Under the pieces are notes generated by a model. That model ran no database searches. It saw only the letters and a list, made by a program, of their open reading frames with translations, and was not told the origin of the DNA. From positions 21,921 to 85,920 of the forward strand of contig CALXGQ010000008.1 in NCBI GenBank assembly GCA_944387895.1: a DNA stretch of 64,000 bases, in the 5' to 3' direction. Below, in pieces: positions 1 to 8,693 of this stretch (within the stretch, counting starts at the first letter, position 1; each line of letters starts with the position of its first letter). The DNA comes from an uncultured Clostridia bacterium (GTDB taxonomy: Bacteria > Bacillota > Clostridia > Oscillospirales > QAKW01). The translations under genes and the position numbers were made by a program.

Positions 1-575
1 CTGTGAACCTCAATGACCGGTTCTTCTCCCGCAGGCTCGTTGCTGATCCCAAGGGGGATCCGGCGCTCCAGCAGATCGTGATCCAGCGGATATTTAAAAT
101 CCCGAAGAGAAACCAGCGCTTTGCCGCCCCAGGAAAAAAAGGAAATATAACGATAGCGGGCGCCGCTGAAAACATGCGTCCCTTCGCCAAGCAGAAATGC
201 AAGGTTTTCCCCGTCATACAGCTTGAGCTCCGCCCCCTTTTCCGCCGCCGCTTCCAACAGGGCGAGATTGGCGATGGTATGATCCAGACGCCCGCCAAAG
301 GGCGCGATCATCCAGATATCGCGATAATTGTCTTCAATGGCATGATCCAGCGCAAGGGCGCTGTCAGTCTGATCCTTTTCGGCGGGATATCGGTAAACAT
401 TGCCGGCCTTCGGCGGATCCACCGTATCAAAATCCCCCAGGATGCGTTGCAGAGGAACGCCCAGCTTGTCTGCCAGAAGATAGCCGCCGTCCGCCGCATA
501 ATAATCAAAGGAACCACCGCGCATCTTCTCTTCGACGCCGCCTTTATCACGCAGCTCTCCCGCCAAAAAGATCAT
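1..575 (-). CDS. thiN: thiamine pyrophosphokinase, 3' end runs off the window
   Basis: Manual translation of the minus strand gives AADGGY, ILGDFD, EKDQTD, GGRLDHTIAN, FKYPL and LGISNE. The ATG at 575 overlaps the rsgA stop (TGATG); an upstream TTG at 599 is an alternative start. Not in the ORF track because there is no stop inside the window. Confidence 0.9.
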   Translation of the reverse strand, partial: MIFLAGELRDKGGVEEKMRGGSFDYYAADGGYLLADKLGVPLQRILGDFDTVDPPKAGNVYRYPAEKDQTDSALALDHAIEDNYRDIWMIAPFGGRLDHTIANLALLEAAAEKGAELKLYDGENLAFLLGEGTHVFSGARYRYISFFSWGGKALVSLRDFKYPLDHDLLERRIPLGISNEPAGEEPVIEVH

Positions 576-1468
576 CAGTTTTTTTGCTTTTTGCTCCAAG
601 GCGATTCATCTTCCTTCAGTATCTGATAGATTTGACGGTAGCTCTCATAGCGGCTCGGCGCGATATGGCCTTCCGCCGCCGCTTTCCGCACGGCGCAGTC
701 CTGTTCATCCAGATGAGCGCAGTCGGAATAGGGACACTCCGACAAAAACGGCTGAAACTCCGGAAAATATCCGGCCAGATCGGTGCGTTTGATGGAATAA
801 CCATCGAGCTCCAGAGCGCCGAATCCGGGGGTATCGCCGATCAGGGCGCCTCCGGCGTGAAACAATTCGATATGGCGGGTGGTATGGCGACCACGCCCGA
901 GTTTTTCGGAAATCTCGCCGGTCGCCAGCGATAAAGCGGGATACATTGCATTCAGCAGGCTGCTTTTTCCCACTCCCGAGTTCCCGGCAAAAACAACGAT
1001 TTTGCCAGCCAGGTCTTCCCGGAGCCGGTCAATCCCTTCCCCGCTTGCGGCGGAAACGCAATATACACGGCATCCGATGCGGGCATAAAGCGCGGCCAGC
1101 GCCCCAGCACCGTCCGGATCGGGGAGATCGACCTTATTGAATACCAGGATCGGCGTTATTCCCTGCGCCTGGGCAATGACCAGCATTTTATCGATGGTGA
1201 AAGGAAAAGGCGCAGGATGGGAAACAGAGGAAACATAGCATAAAACGTCGACGTTTGCCACGTTGGGACGGATCAGCCGGTTGGTTCTGGGCAAAATCTG
1301 CTCGATCCGCCCGGAGCGATCCGGAAAGGCTGTGATTTCCACCATATCCCCCGGGACGGGGGAAACGCCCTGCACGCGAAAGCTGCCTTTGGCGCGGCAA
1401 AGATAGCTTCCGGACGGCGTTTCCACCGAATAGACCCCTGAGAGCAGCTTAACGACCCGGCCGGTCAT
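575..1468 (-). CDS. rsgA: ribosome small subunit-dependent GTPase A
   Basis: Circularly permuted GTPase (NKVD, GNSGVGKSS, RGRHTTR, DTPGF) with a C-terminal CxxxxCxHxxxxxC zinc finger. Confidence 0.96.
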   Translation of the reverse strand: MTGRVVKLLSGVYSVETPSGSYLCRAKGSFRVQGVSPVPGDMVEITAFPDRSGRIEQILPRTNRLIRPNVANVDVLCYVSSVSHPAPFPFTIDKMLVIAQAQGITPILVFNKVDLPDPDGAGALAALYARIGCRVYCVSAASGEGIDRLREDLAGKIVVFAGNSGVGKSSLLNAMYPALSLATGEISEKLGRGRHTTRHIELFHAGGALIGDTPGFGALELDGYSIKRTDLAGYFPEFQPFLSECPYSDCAHLDEQDCAVRKAAAEGHIAPSRYESYRQIYQILKEDESPWSKKQKN

Positions 1469-3531
1469 GCCGATTTTTCAACGGTAAATTCGATTTCGTC
1501 CGTTTCGTTGACAATCACCTTCAGCGTGGCGTCGACCTCGCGGGTCACCGTCTGAGAAGCGGTATACTCCGTTTCCGTCGGCGTAAAGGTCAGGGTTTCA
1601 AGGACAGTTCCGTCCTCTGTCTGGATGGAGATCTGAACCTCGGTATTCAGATAAGCGCTCAGATCCATCTTGACGACCACCGTTTCGGTTTCAGGCTCTA
1701 CCGGAACCGGCGGTTCCTCCTCCTCTTCCTCCTTAGGGCCAAGACTGATGACAATGTCGATCTTGGTGCCCACCTCAACGCTCACGTTCTTCAGAACGCT
1801 CTGGGAAATGACCTTGCCTTTTTCCACAGTATCGCTGTAGTCGGTGGAAACGGTGCCGATTTCAAGCTTATTGTTCGTCAGGGTCTTTTTGGCAGCCTCT
1901 TCCGTCATGTCGCTGAGATCCGGCATGCTGACCGTTTCGATCTCATTCACGGGAGGATCTTCTTCCTCCTCCTCGGCAGGGCCGCTGCTGATATAAATAA
2001 CCACGGTGGTAGAGCTGTCAACCTCAGTTCCCGGAGAGGGATAGGTGGAAATAACAAGACCTTCTCCCACGTTGTCATCGTTTCTGGTTTCGATCCGGTA
2101 GGAAATCTCCTGCCGTTTGAATTCGGCAATGGCGTCCGCTCTGGTATAATTCAAAACGTCCGGAACATAGTTTGTATCTTCCTCAGAGATATCTTCATTG
2201 GTATTGGTGCTTTCCGGCCCGGTGCTGACCACAACGGTAATCGTGCCGTCTTTTTTGATCTGGCTGTCCGCCGCCGGGGACTGGGAAATGATCTGCCCCT
2301 CCGCATAGGTATCGCTTGCAGCGGTAGAGCCGACGACAATTTCAAAATTATAAGACTCCTGGGCCTGCTCAACCTCCATCCCCAAAAGATTGGGGCAGGC
2401 AACGGTATTGGATCCGAAGAGTTCTTTCTGGAAAATAATGCCGAGTGCAACAAGAATCAGCACAACAAAGGCGGTGCCGACCCCGGCGATAATCGGCAGC
2501 CAGGTCGTTTTAAAGGAGGGTTTTTCCTCTTCTTCCCCCTCTTCCTCATTTTCATCCTCCGCCGCAGCGTCGGGATCCTCCGGCGATTCACCGTCGGATG
2601 CGCCGGGATCGGTCGAAAGCCCGCCGGCAAAGATGGTGGGAGAATTATCGGAGATAAGGCCGGCCTCTCCGTCCGGTTCGGCCGTATAATCAAAAGTGAT
2701 GGTCGGATCGGCTTCAAAAAGCGCAATATCCGCCAGAACGGCGCCGGCCGTTTGATAACGCAGGGCCGGATCCTTCATGATGGCCTTCAGGGTGATGTCC
2801 TCCAGCCCCTGGGGGATATCCGGCTTAATTTCCGTCGGCAGATCCGGCTGGGCCTGAACCTGCTTGAGCGCCACCGCAACAGCCGTATCCGCCTCAAAGG
2901 GCAGCTTTCCGGTCAGCATTTCATAAAGAATGATTCCAACAGAATAAATGTCGCTGCGCTCGTCGGTGCGATCCCCGCTGGCCTGCTCCGGGCTGATATA
3001 ATGAACGGAACCGATGGTCATATCGCTGATGGTCTGGGTATCAAACTTCGTCAGGCGCGCAATGCCGAAATCTGTGATTTTGGCGGTGCCGTCTTTAAGA
3101 AGCATGATGTTGTGCGGCTTGATATCACGATGGACAATGCCGCGCTCATGGGCGTGGGCAAGGCCCTTGAGTATCTGTTTGATGAAATGAAGCGCCTCCG
3201 CTGTGGAAAGAGCACCCTTCTTTTCCATATACTCCTTCAGGGTAATGCCGTCGATATGTTCCATGACGATATAGAGGGCGTCCCCTTCCAGAGAAACATC
3301 GTAAACATCAACGATGTTGATATGGGAAAGCATGGTGATTGCCTTCGATTCATTGGTAAAACGGCGCCGGAACTGCGCGTCGGACATAAACTCGTCCTTG
3401 AGAATCTTTACCGCAACAACCCGGTTGCACACTTTATCAAACGCTTTATAAACGCACGCCATGCCGCCTACGCCGATCAGCTCGGTGATCATATAGCGGT
3501 CGTTCAGAACTTTTCCGATATATTTTTCCAT
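1465..3531 (-). CDS. pknB: PASTA-domain Ser/Thr kinase (Stk1/PrkC/PknB)
   Basis: GVGGMA, VAVK, HRDIKPHN, DFG and GSVHYISPEQ motifs, one TM helix, about three PASTA repeats. Start MEKYIG follows an AAGGAGG RBS. Confidence 0.95.
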   Translation of the reverse strand: MEKYIGKVLNDRYMITELIGVGGMACVYKAFDKVCNRVVAVKILKDEFMSDAQFRRRFTNESKAITMLSHINIVDVYDVSLEGDALYIVMEHIDGITLKEYMEKKGALSTAEALHFIKQILKGLAHAHERGIVHRDIKPHNIMLLKDGTAKITDFGIARLTKFDTQTISDMTIGSVHYISPEQASGDRTDERSDIYSVGIILYEMLTGKLPFEADTAVAVALKQVQAQPDLPTEIKPDIPQGLEDITLKAIMKDPALRYQTAGAVLADIALFEADPTITFDYTAEPDGEAGLISDNSPTIFAGGLSTDPGASDGESPEDPDAAAEDENEEEGEEEEKPSFKTTWLPIIAGVGTAFVVLILVALGIIFQKELFGSNTVACPNLLGMEVEQAQESYNFEIVVGSTAASDTYAEGQIISQSPAADSQIKKDGTITVVVSTGPESTNTNEDISEEDTNYVPDVLNYTRADAIAEFKRQEISYRIETRNDDNVGEGLVISTYPSPGTEVDSSTTVVIYISSGPAEEEEEDPPVNEIETVSMPDLSDMTEEAAKKTLTNNKLEIGTVSTDYSDTVEKGKVISQSVLKNVSVEVGTKIDIVISLGPKEEEEEEPPVPVEPETETVVVKMDLSAYLNTEVQISIQTEDGTVLETLTFTPTETEYTASQTVTREVDATLKVIVNETDEIEFTVEKSA

Positions 3532-3544
3532 GATTCGGTCCTCC

Positions 3545-4264
3545 TTAAATTTGGATCGCAACGACAGTAATATTATCCGCGCCGCCTCTGCTGTTTGCAA
3601 GATCAATCAAACGATTGGGTAATTCTTCAAAGCTGCCGCCGGAGATCTCAAACTGTATCTCGCTTTCATCGATACTGTTGCTCAATCCGTCGGTACAAAG
3701 AATGATCACGTCGCCGGGCGAAACGGATATTTTAAAGTAATCACAATACACCTCTTCGTCGATGCCGATTGCCCGGGTAATGACGTTTTTATTCGGATGT
3801 ATCTTTGCCTGCCGTTCTGTCAGATGCCCGCTGTCTACCAGCTCCTGCACCGCAGAATGATCTTTGGTGATCTGGCGGATCCCGCCGTTTGTTATATGAT
3901 AACCGCGGCTGTCACCTACATTGGCAAACCAGGCGGTTTTTTCATCTGTAACAGCCAAAACCATTGTTGTTCCCATACCGGATAGTTCCGGATCCTCGCA
4001 GGATTTCTGATAAACGTACCGGTTGCCGAGGGAAACGATCTCCCGGAAGGCGGATTCCATATCCATGGGCGGAGAATGGCTCTCCAGATAGTCCCGCACA
4101 GCCGCCACCGCTATGGAGCTTGCCTGCTGACCGCCACGGGCGCCGCCCATGCCGTCGCAGACAACGGCCATGCCCAAACCGTCTGCCCCCGGCTTGCGGA
4201 ACCAGAAGGAATCCTGGTTTTCTTCGCGCACCTTGCCGATATCGCTTTTTCCAACTATTTTCAT
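3545..4264 (-). CDS. stp: Stp1/PrpC PP2C-family protein phosphatase
   Basis: SDIGKVREENQD, VCDGMGG, NVGDSR, CTDGL and GGADNIT motifs. The ATG at 4264 overlaps the rlmN stop. Confidence 0.94.
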   Translation of the reverse strand: MKIVGKSDIGKVREENQDSFWFRKPGADGLGMAVVCDGMGGARGGQQASSIAVAAVRDYLESHSPPMDMESAFREIVSLGNRYVYQKSCEDPELSGMGTTMVLAVTDEKTAWFANVGDSRGYHITNGGIRQITKDHSAVQELVDSGHLTERQAKIHPNKNVITRAIGIDEEVYCDYFKISVSPGDVIILCTDGLSNSIDESEIQFEISGGSFEELPNRLIDLANSRGGADNITVVAIQI

Positions 4265-5304
4265 AAGGCACTCCCTCCTTTTGCCACGGCCTGGCGGCGA
4301 AGCTGTCCGCAGGACGCGGAAATATCGCTTCCCAGCGTTCTTCGGATCGTGGCGTTTAGTCCGAGATTGATCAGATGCTCCTGAAAGGTTAAAATATTTT
4401 TTCTCGACGGCGGCCGATAAACCCCATTCTCGATGGGATTGACAGGGATCAGATTGACGTGACACAAAAGTCCGTCCAGCAGCGCGGCCATCCGCTCCGC
4501 GTCGGCGCGCCGGTCGTTTACCCCGGCGATGACGGCGTATTCAAAGGAGATCCGTCGCCCGGTGTGCTGCTGATATTTTCTGCACGCGCCAATCAGCTGC
4601 GCCAGATTGTATTTTCGATTGACCGGCATCATCTCCGAGCGAATCGGATCGCTGGTTGCGTGCAGAGAAATTGAGAGGGTTATCGGAAGCTCCAGCTCCG
4701 CCAGCCGCTCGATCCCCGGCACAAGTCCGCAGGTGGAAAGAGAAATATGACGATAACCGATCTGGATCCCCTCCGGATCGTTGACATTGATCAGAAAACG
4801 GTGAACCTGCTCAAAATTATCCAGCGGCTCGCCGATCCCCATCAGAACGATGTTTGAAATGCGCGTTCCGAGATCGGCCTGTACTTTTAGAACCTGATCT
4901 AAAATCTCCCCCGCTGTCAGGCACCGGATCAGCCCGCCTTTCGTCGACTGACAAAAGGAACACCCCATCCGGCATCCTACCTGAGAGGAAATACACAGCG
5001 AATAACCGTGGTGATACTTCATCGCCACCGTTTCAATGATATTGCCGTCCTCCAGCTCAAACAGGTATTTTACCGTTTCGTCCAGAGCGGATTGATAGCG
5101 CCCGTAGATTTTCAGCGTGGTGATGAACGCCTCCTGCTCCAGCTTCTGCTTCAGACTCTTCGGCAGATCGGACATTTCTTCAAAACCGCCGGCGCCGCGA
5201 TGCAGCCAGCGAAAGATCTGGCCGCCGCGAAAAGAAGGCTCGCCCAGGGCGCATATGTAGGAAGTCAATTCTTCCCTTGTCATGGATTTGAGATCTGCCT
5301 TCAA
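4261..5304 (-). CDS. rlmN: 23S rRNA/tRNA adenine C2 methyltransferase (radical SAM)
   Basis: CISSQVGCRMGCSFC, MGIGEP and ASCGQL motifs; TTG start. Confidence 0.96.
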   Translation of the reverse strand: MKADLKSMTREELTSYICALGEPSFRGGQIFRWLHRGAGGFEEMSDLPKSLKQKLEQEAFITTLKIYGRYQSALDETVKYLFELEDGNIIETVAMKYHHGYSLCISSQVGCRMGCSFCQSTKGGLIRCLTAGEILDQVLKVQADLGTRISNIVLMGIGEPLDNFEQVHRFLINVNDPEGIQIGYRHISLSTCGLVPGIERLAELELPITLSISLHATSDPIRSEMMPVNRKYNLAQLIGACRKYQQHTGRRISFEYAVIAGVNDRRADAERMAALLDGLLCHVNLIPVNPIENGVYRPPSRKNILTFQEHLINLGLNATIRRTLGSDISASCGQLRRQAVAKGGSAL

Positions 5305-5307
5305 TGG

Positions 5308-6579
5308 TTATCCTTTCTTCAAAACTGCAATATAGAACCCGTCGCCGCCCTGTTCCGGAAAGCAGGTCGTTTGCCCGCCGGGAAGAGCGGATTCATCCGG
5401 AAGAAAATCAGAAAAGTCCTTCAAAAACCGCGCGACAACCTCTTCATTTTCCCGCCGGTCCAGCGTACAGGTGGAATAAACCAGCCGTCCTCCGGATCTT
5501 AAGTACCGCCCGCCGTTGACCAGAATGCGGTATTGCAATTCCGTGAAATCGGCGCTCTGATAGGTTTTATACTTGATATCCGGCTTCTTCCCCATCATGC
5601 CCAGGCCGCTGCAGGGCACGTCGCACAGCACAAAATCCGCCGTCCCGCAGAGATCGTCGATAAGAACCGAGGAGTCGGCCTGAAGGGCGGTCACATTGGC
5701 GTGCCCCAAACGCTCTGCGGATGCGGCCAGAGCCGATACCTTATGAGCGTGGACGTCAAAGGCGCGAACCGCTCCGCCGGTCAAGGCCGCCATGATAAAG
5801 GTCTTGCCGCCCGGGGCGGCGCAGAGGTCAAAAACCGTTCCAGCGTTCTCCGGCATGAACATTGCCGCTTCCGCCGAATGGAACCCAACGGTATGAAACC
5901 ATCCGTCCCTGTATGCGGCGGATTCCTCGATCGCAAAACCGGCGGCTGAGCGAAACATGTGCGGAAGTCCGGCAGGCGTCAGCGCCGTTCCTTCTTGCTG
6001 CATCCGCCCCAGAAACTCCTGCTCTGTTCCGCGTTTGATGTTATGGAAAAGAAAAACAGAGGTATCCGGACGGGAAAAGCTTTCCATCATGGCCACAAAT
6101 TTTTCTTTTCCATACTGCTCCAAAAGCAACGTAACCAGCGCGGGATCTATCGAATAGCGAACGGAAAAATCCGCTTTTTTCAAAGTGAGAAGCTGTTCCC
6201 GATCCCGGGCGCAGCGGCGCAGCACGGCGTTGACATAACCGGCGCTGTGCGCAAATCCGCTCTGATGGATCAAATCCACCGATGTGTTGCAGGCGGCCGA
6301 TGGGGGAACGTCCATATAAAACATCTGATAAGCGCCCATGCGCAGCGCCGAAAGAACCGACGCCGGCAGACGCGCAACGCTGCGATCCGAGCATTGCTCC
6401 AGCAGGAAATCCAGCGTGATTTTCCGCTCCACAACGCCGTATACGACCGCGGTTATGAACCGACGATCCCTTTGATCGGGAACGGAACGCAGCACGTGCT
6501 TCAGCGCAAGCTGCGGAAAGGTCTGTTTGCGCTCCCAGTTCTCTATTAAATTGAATGCGATCCGGCGCGGACTGGGCAT
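5308..6579 (-). CDS. rsmB: 16S rRNA m5C967 methyltransferase (Sun/RsmB)
   Basis: NusB-like N-terminus, DLCAAPGGKT, DVPCSG and YSTCT. The ATG at 6579 overlaps the upstream stop. Confidence 0.92.
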   Translation of the reverse strand: MPSPRRIAFNLIENWERKQTFPQLALKHVLRSVPDQRDRRFITAVVYGVVERKITLDFLLEQCSDRSVARLPASVLSALRMGAYQMFYMDVPPSAACNTSVDLIHQSGFAHSAGYVNAVLRRCARDREQLLTLKKADFSVRYSIDPALVTLLLEQYGKEKFVAMMESFSRPDTSVFLFHNIKRGTEQEFLGRMQQEGTALTPAGLPHMFRSAAGFAIEESAAYRDGWFHTVGFHSAEAAMFMPENAGTVFDLCAAPGGKTFIMAALTGGAVRAFDVHAHKVSALAASAERLGHANVTALQADSSVLIDDLCGTADFVLCDVPCSGLGMMGKKPDIKYKTYQSADFTELQYRILVNGGRYLRSGGRLVYSTCTLDRRENEEVVARFLKDFSDFLPDESALPGGQTTCFPEQGGDGFYIAVLKKG

Positions 6580-7271
6580 CAGTTGTTGCGCCTGCTGCGG
6601 CTGATCAGCAAAAGAAGCTGCCACAAAACGGTGATCGCGGAGGCGACATAGGTCATCGCCGCGGCGGAGAGCACTTTTTTCACGCCCCGCACGTCCTCTT
6701 CCCCGAAGCCTGCGCTTTCTATCTGCGCCACGGCGCGGGCGGAAGCGTTAAATTCTACCGGAAGCGTTACCAGCTGAAAGAAAAATATTACTGCATAGCA
6801 GAGGATCGCCAGATTGAAGATCACCGGACTGAAGGTATAGCTGTTCAAAAAGATGCTTGCAATCATCAGGATATAAAGCAGCTTTGAGCTGAAATTGGTA
6901 ATTCCGACAACGGCGGACCGTACCCGGATCGGGAAATATCCCACCGCGTGCTGGATCGCATGGCCGCATTCATGAGCAGCCACGCCGACCGAAGCAATGC
7001 TGGTTCCGTTGAAAACCCCTTCGGAGAGGCGAATCACTTTTTTGGTCGGATCAAAATGATCCGAAAGATGCCCGTTTGTGCAGACGATCTGAACATCGGT
7101 GATCCCGGCGCCGCGCAAAATCAACGCGGCCATCTGCGCGCCGGTCATCCCCTTCGTATTTCTCAGGGCAGCGTATTTGGAATAGGTCGATTGCATCTTC
7201 ATCTGAACGATCAGGCCGAAAAGAATGACCGGCAGCATCGCAAAAATGCCAAAATAATAGTAATGAAACAT
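6579..7271 (-). CDS. membrane zinc metallopeptidase (YugP/Zn_peptidase_2 family)
   Basis: LSDHFDP, VAAHECGHAIQ (HExxH), LPVEFNASARA and AAAMTYVA; usual position between fmt and rsmB. Confidence 0.9.
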   Translation of the reverse strand: MFHYYYFGIFAMLPVILFGLIVQMKMQSTYSKYAALRNTKGMTGAQMAALILRGAGITDVQIVCTNGHLSDHFDPTKKVIRLSEGVFNGTSIASVGVAAHECGHAIQHAVGYFPIRVRSAVVGITNFSSKLLYILMIASIFLNSYTFSPVIFNLAILCYAVIFFFQLVTLPVEFNASARAVAQIESAGFGEEDVRGVKKVLSAAAMTYVASAITVLWQLLLLISRSRRNN

Positions 7272-7289
7272 CGTTTGCCAGAATCTCCT

Positions 7290-8225
7290 TTACTTTAAGC
7301 GTCCCCCTACGGCAAGTTTAGCGCCGCAGGCATAGGAATATGCATCCGTCTTGTTCTTTCCCTGTTTTTGAATGGATTTAATCAAAACGCATAGGCCGTC
7401 GCCGCAGGCGACCGCGATCCCCTCCGGACAGATCGAAGCAATGGTTCCCGGCGCCCGGGAGGAAGCTTCGCCCAAAAAGGCTTCATGGATCTTGAGCCGA
7501 TAATCGCCGCAGTCCAAAAAAGCACCAGGGGAAGGATTCATCCCCATGATCAGATTGCGAACCGTTCGGGCGCTCCGGCTGAAATCTATCGCCGCTTCCG
7601 CTTTCTCGATCATGGGCGCATAGGTGGCCTCCGATTCCTTTTGCGGCGTGAACACAGCCCTTCCACTCAAAATCTGCTCGATCGCTTCCTCAAGAGCCTC
7701 TGCGCCCATCACCGCCAGGCGGTCAAAGAGGGTTCCGGCGGTGTCCTGCTCCATAACCGGCGTTTTCTTTTGCAGGATCATATCCCCCGTATCCATCCCT
7801 TTTGCCATTTTCATGATGGTAACGCCGGTTTCTTCCTCGCCGTTGATGACGCAGCGCTGAATCGGCGCGGCGCCCCGGTATTTGGGAAGCAGAGATCCAT
7901 GAACGTTTATGCATCCGTAGCGGGGATAATCCAGGATATATTCCGGAAGGATTCGGCCATAGGCTGCAACGGCGATCAGATCCGGTTTTGTTTGCTCCAG
8001 GACCTGCCGGAAGGAGCCGTCCTTCAAATTCTCCGGCTGCCAAACAGGCAGATTTCGGCTGATGGCAAACTCCTTGACTGGCGGCGCCGCCAGCCGCCCT
8101 CCTCGGCCGCTGGGCCGATCCGGCTGCGTTACCACACCCACCAAATGATATCGGGCGCTGAGCATTTTACAGCTTTCCAGCGCAAACTGCGGCGTGCCCA
8201 TAAACAAAACCCGCAAATCAGTCAT
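7290..8225 (-). CDS. fmt: methionyl-tRNA formyltransferase
   Basis: FMGTPQFA, VVTQPDRP and NVHGSLLPKYRGAAPIQ. Confidence 0.97.
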   Translation of the reverse strand: MTDLRVLFMGTPQFALESCKMLSARYHLVGVVTQPDRPSGRGGRLAAPPVKEFAISRNLPVWQPENLKDGSFRQVLEQTKPDLIAVAAYGRILPEYILDYPRYGCINVHGSLLPKYRGAAPIQRCVINGEEETGVTIMKMAKGMDTGDMILQKKTPVMEQDTAGTLFDRLAVMGAEALEEAIEQILSGRAVFTPQKESEATYAPMIEKAEAAIDFSRSARTVRNLIMGMNPSPGAFLDCGDYRLKIHEAFLGEASSRAPGTIASICPEGIAVACGDGLCVLIKSIQKQGKNKTDAYSYACGAKLAVGGRLK

Positions 8226-8685
8226 CGCTAAAGACCTCTTCGCCGATCATCGGGATGGTGATCCCGTTCAAATGATCATTCTCGTGAAGCAGGCACCGGG
8301 CAAGAAAATCCTCCGCCTCAAATTCAAACCATTCTCCGGCCACATTCTGCGCGCGCATTTTCACCTTATTTGCCCGGACGATCCGGAAGCTGCGCCCCGG
8401 AAAGGAAAGACAGCCTTCCAGATAGCGATCGTTTTTTCCGGTGGCCGAGATCAGCTCTGGATTGATAAATTCTTTATATTCCGTACCTTCGCCGCTGATA
8501 TCCGCGATAAAAATGCGCCGCAAAACGCCAACCTGCGGTGCGGCCAGACCGGCGCCTTCCGCTTTGCGGAGCGTTTCGCGCATATCGCCGACCAGCGTTG
8601 CCAGCTTATCGTCGAAGCTGGTGACAGGGCGTGATTTTTTTCCCAAAAAGTCTGTATCGTTCACAACGATTTTTCTAAGAGCCAT
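8218..8685 (-). CDS. def: peptide deformylase
   Basis: GAGLAAPQVG, EGCLS and HENDHLNG. Confidence 0.97.
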   Translation of the reverse strand: MALRKIVVNDTDFLGKKSRPVTSFDDKLATLVGDMRETLRKAEGAGLAAPQVGVLRRIFIADISGEGTEYKEFINPELISATGKNDRYLEGCLSFPGRSFRIVRANKVKMRAQNVAGEWFEFEAEDFLARCLLHENDHLNGITIPMIGEEVFSDD

Positions 8686-8693
8686 TTTTCACC

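Noticed and set aside
3-626. 207-aa plus-strand ORF at the window start
   Set aside because: It is the antisense shadow of thiN, which has clear motifs on the minus strand.
1700-2600. Glu-rich low-complexity repeats in pknB as a tandem repeat array
   Set aside because: They encode acidic linkers between kinase, TM and PASTA domains; there is no repeat-spacer periodicity, and no CRISPR array was seen anywhere in the window.
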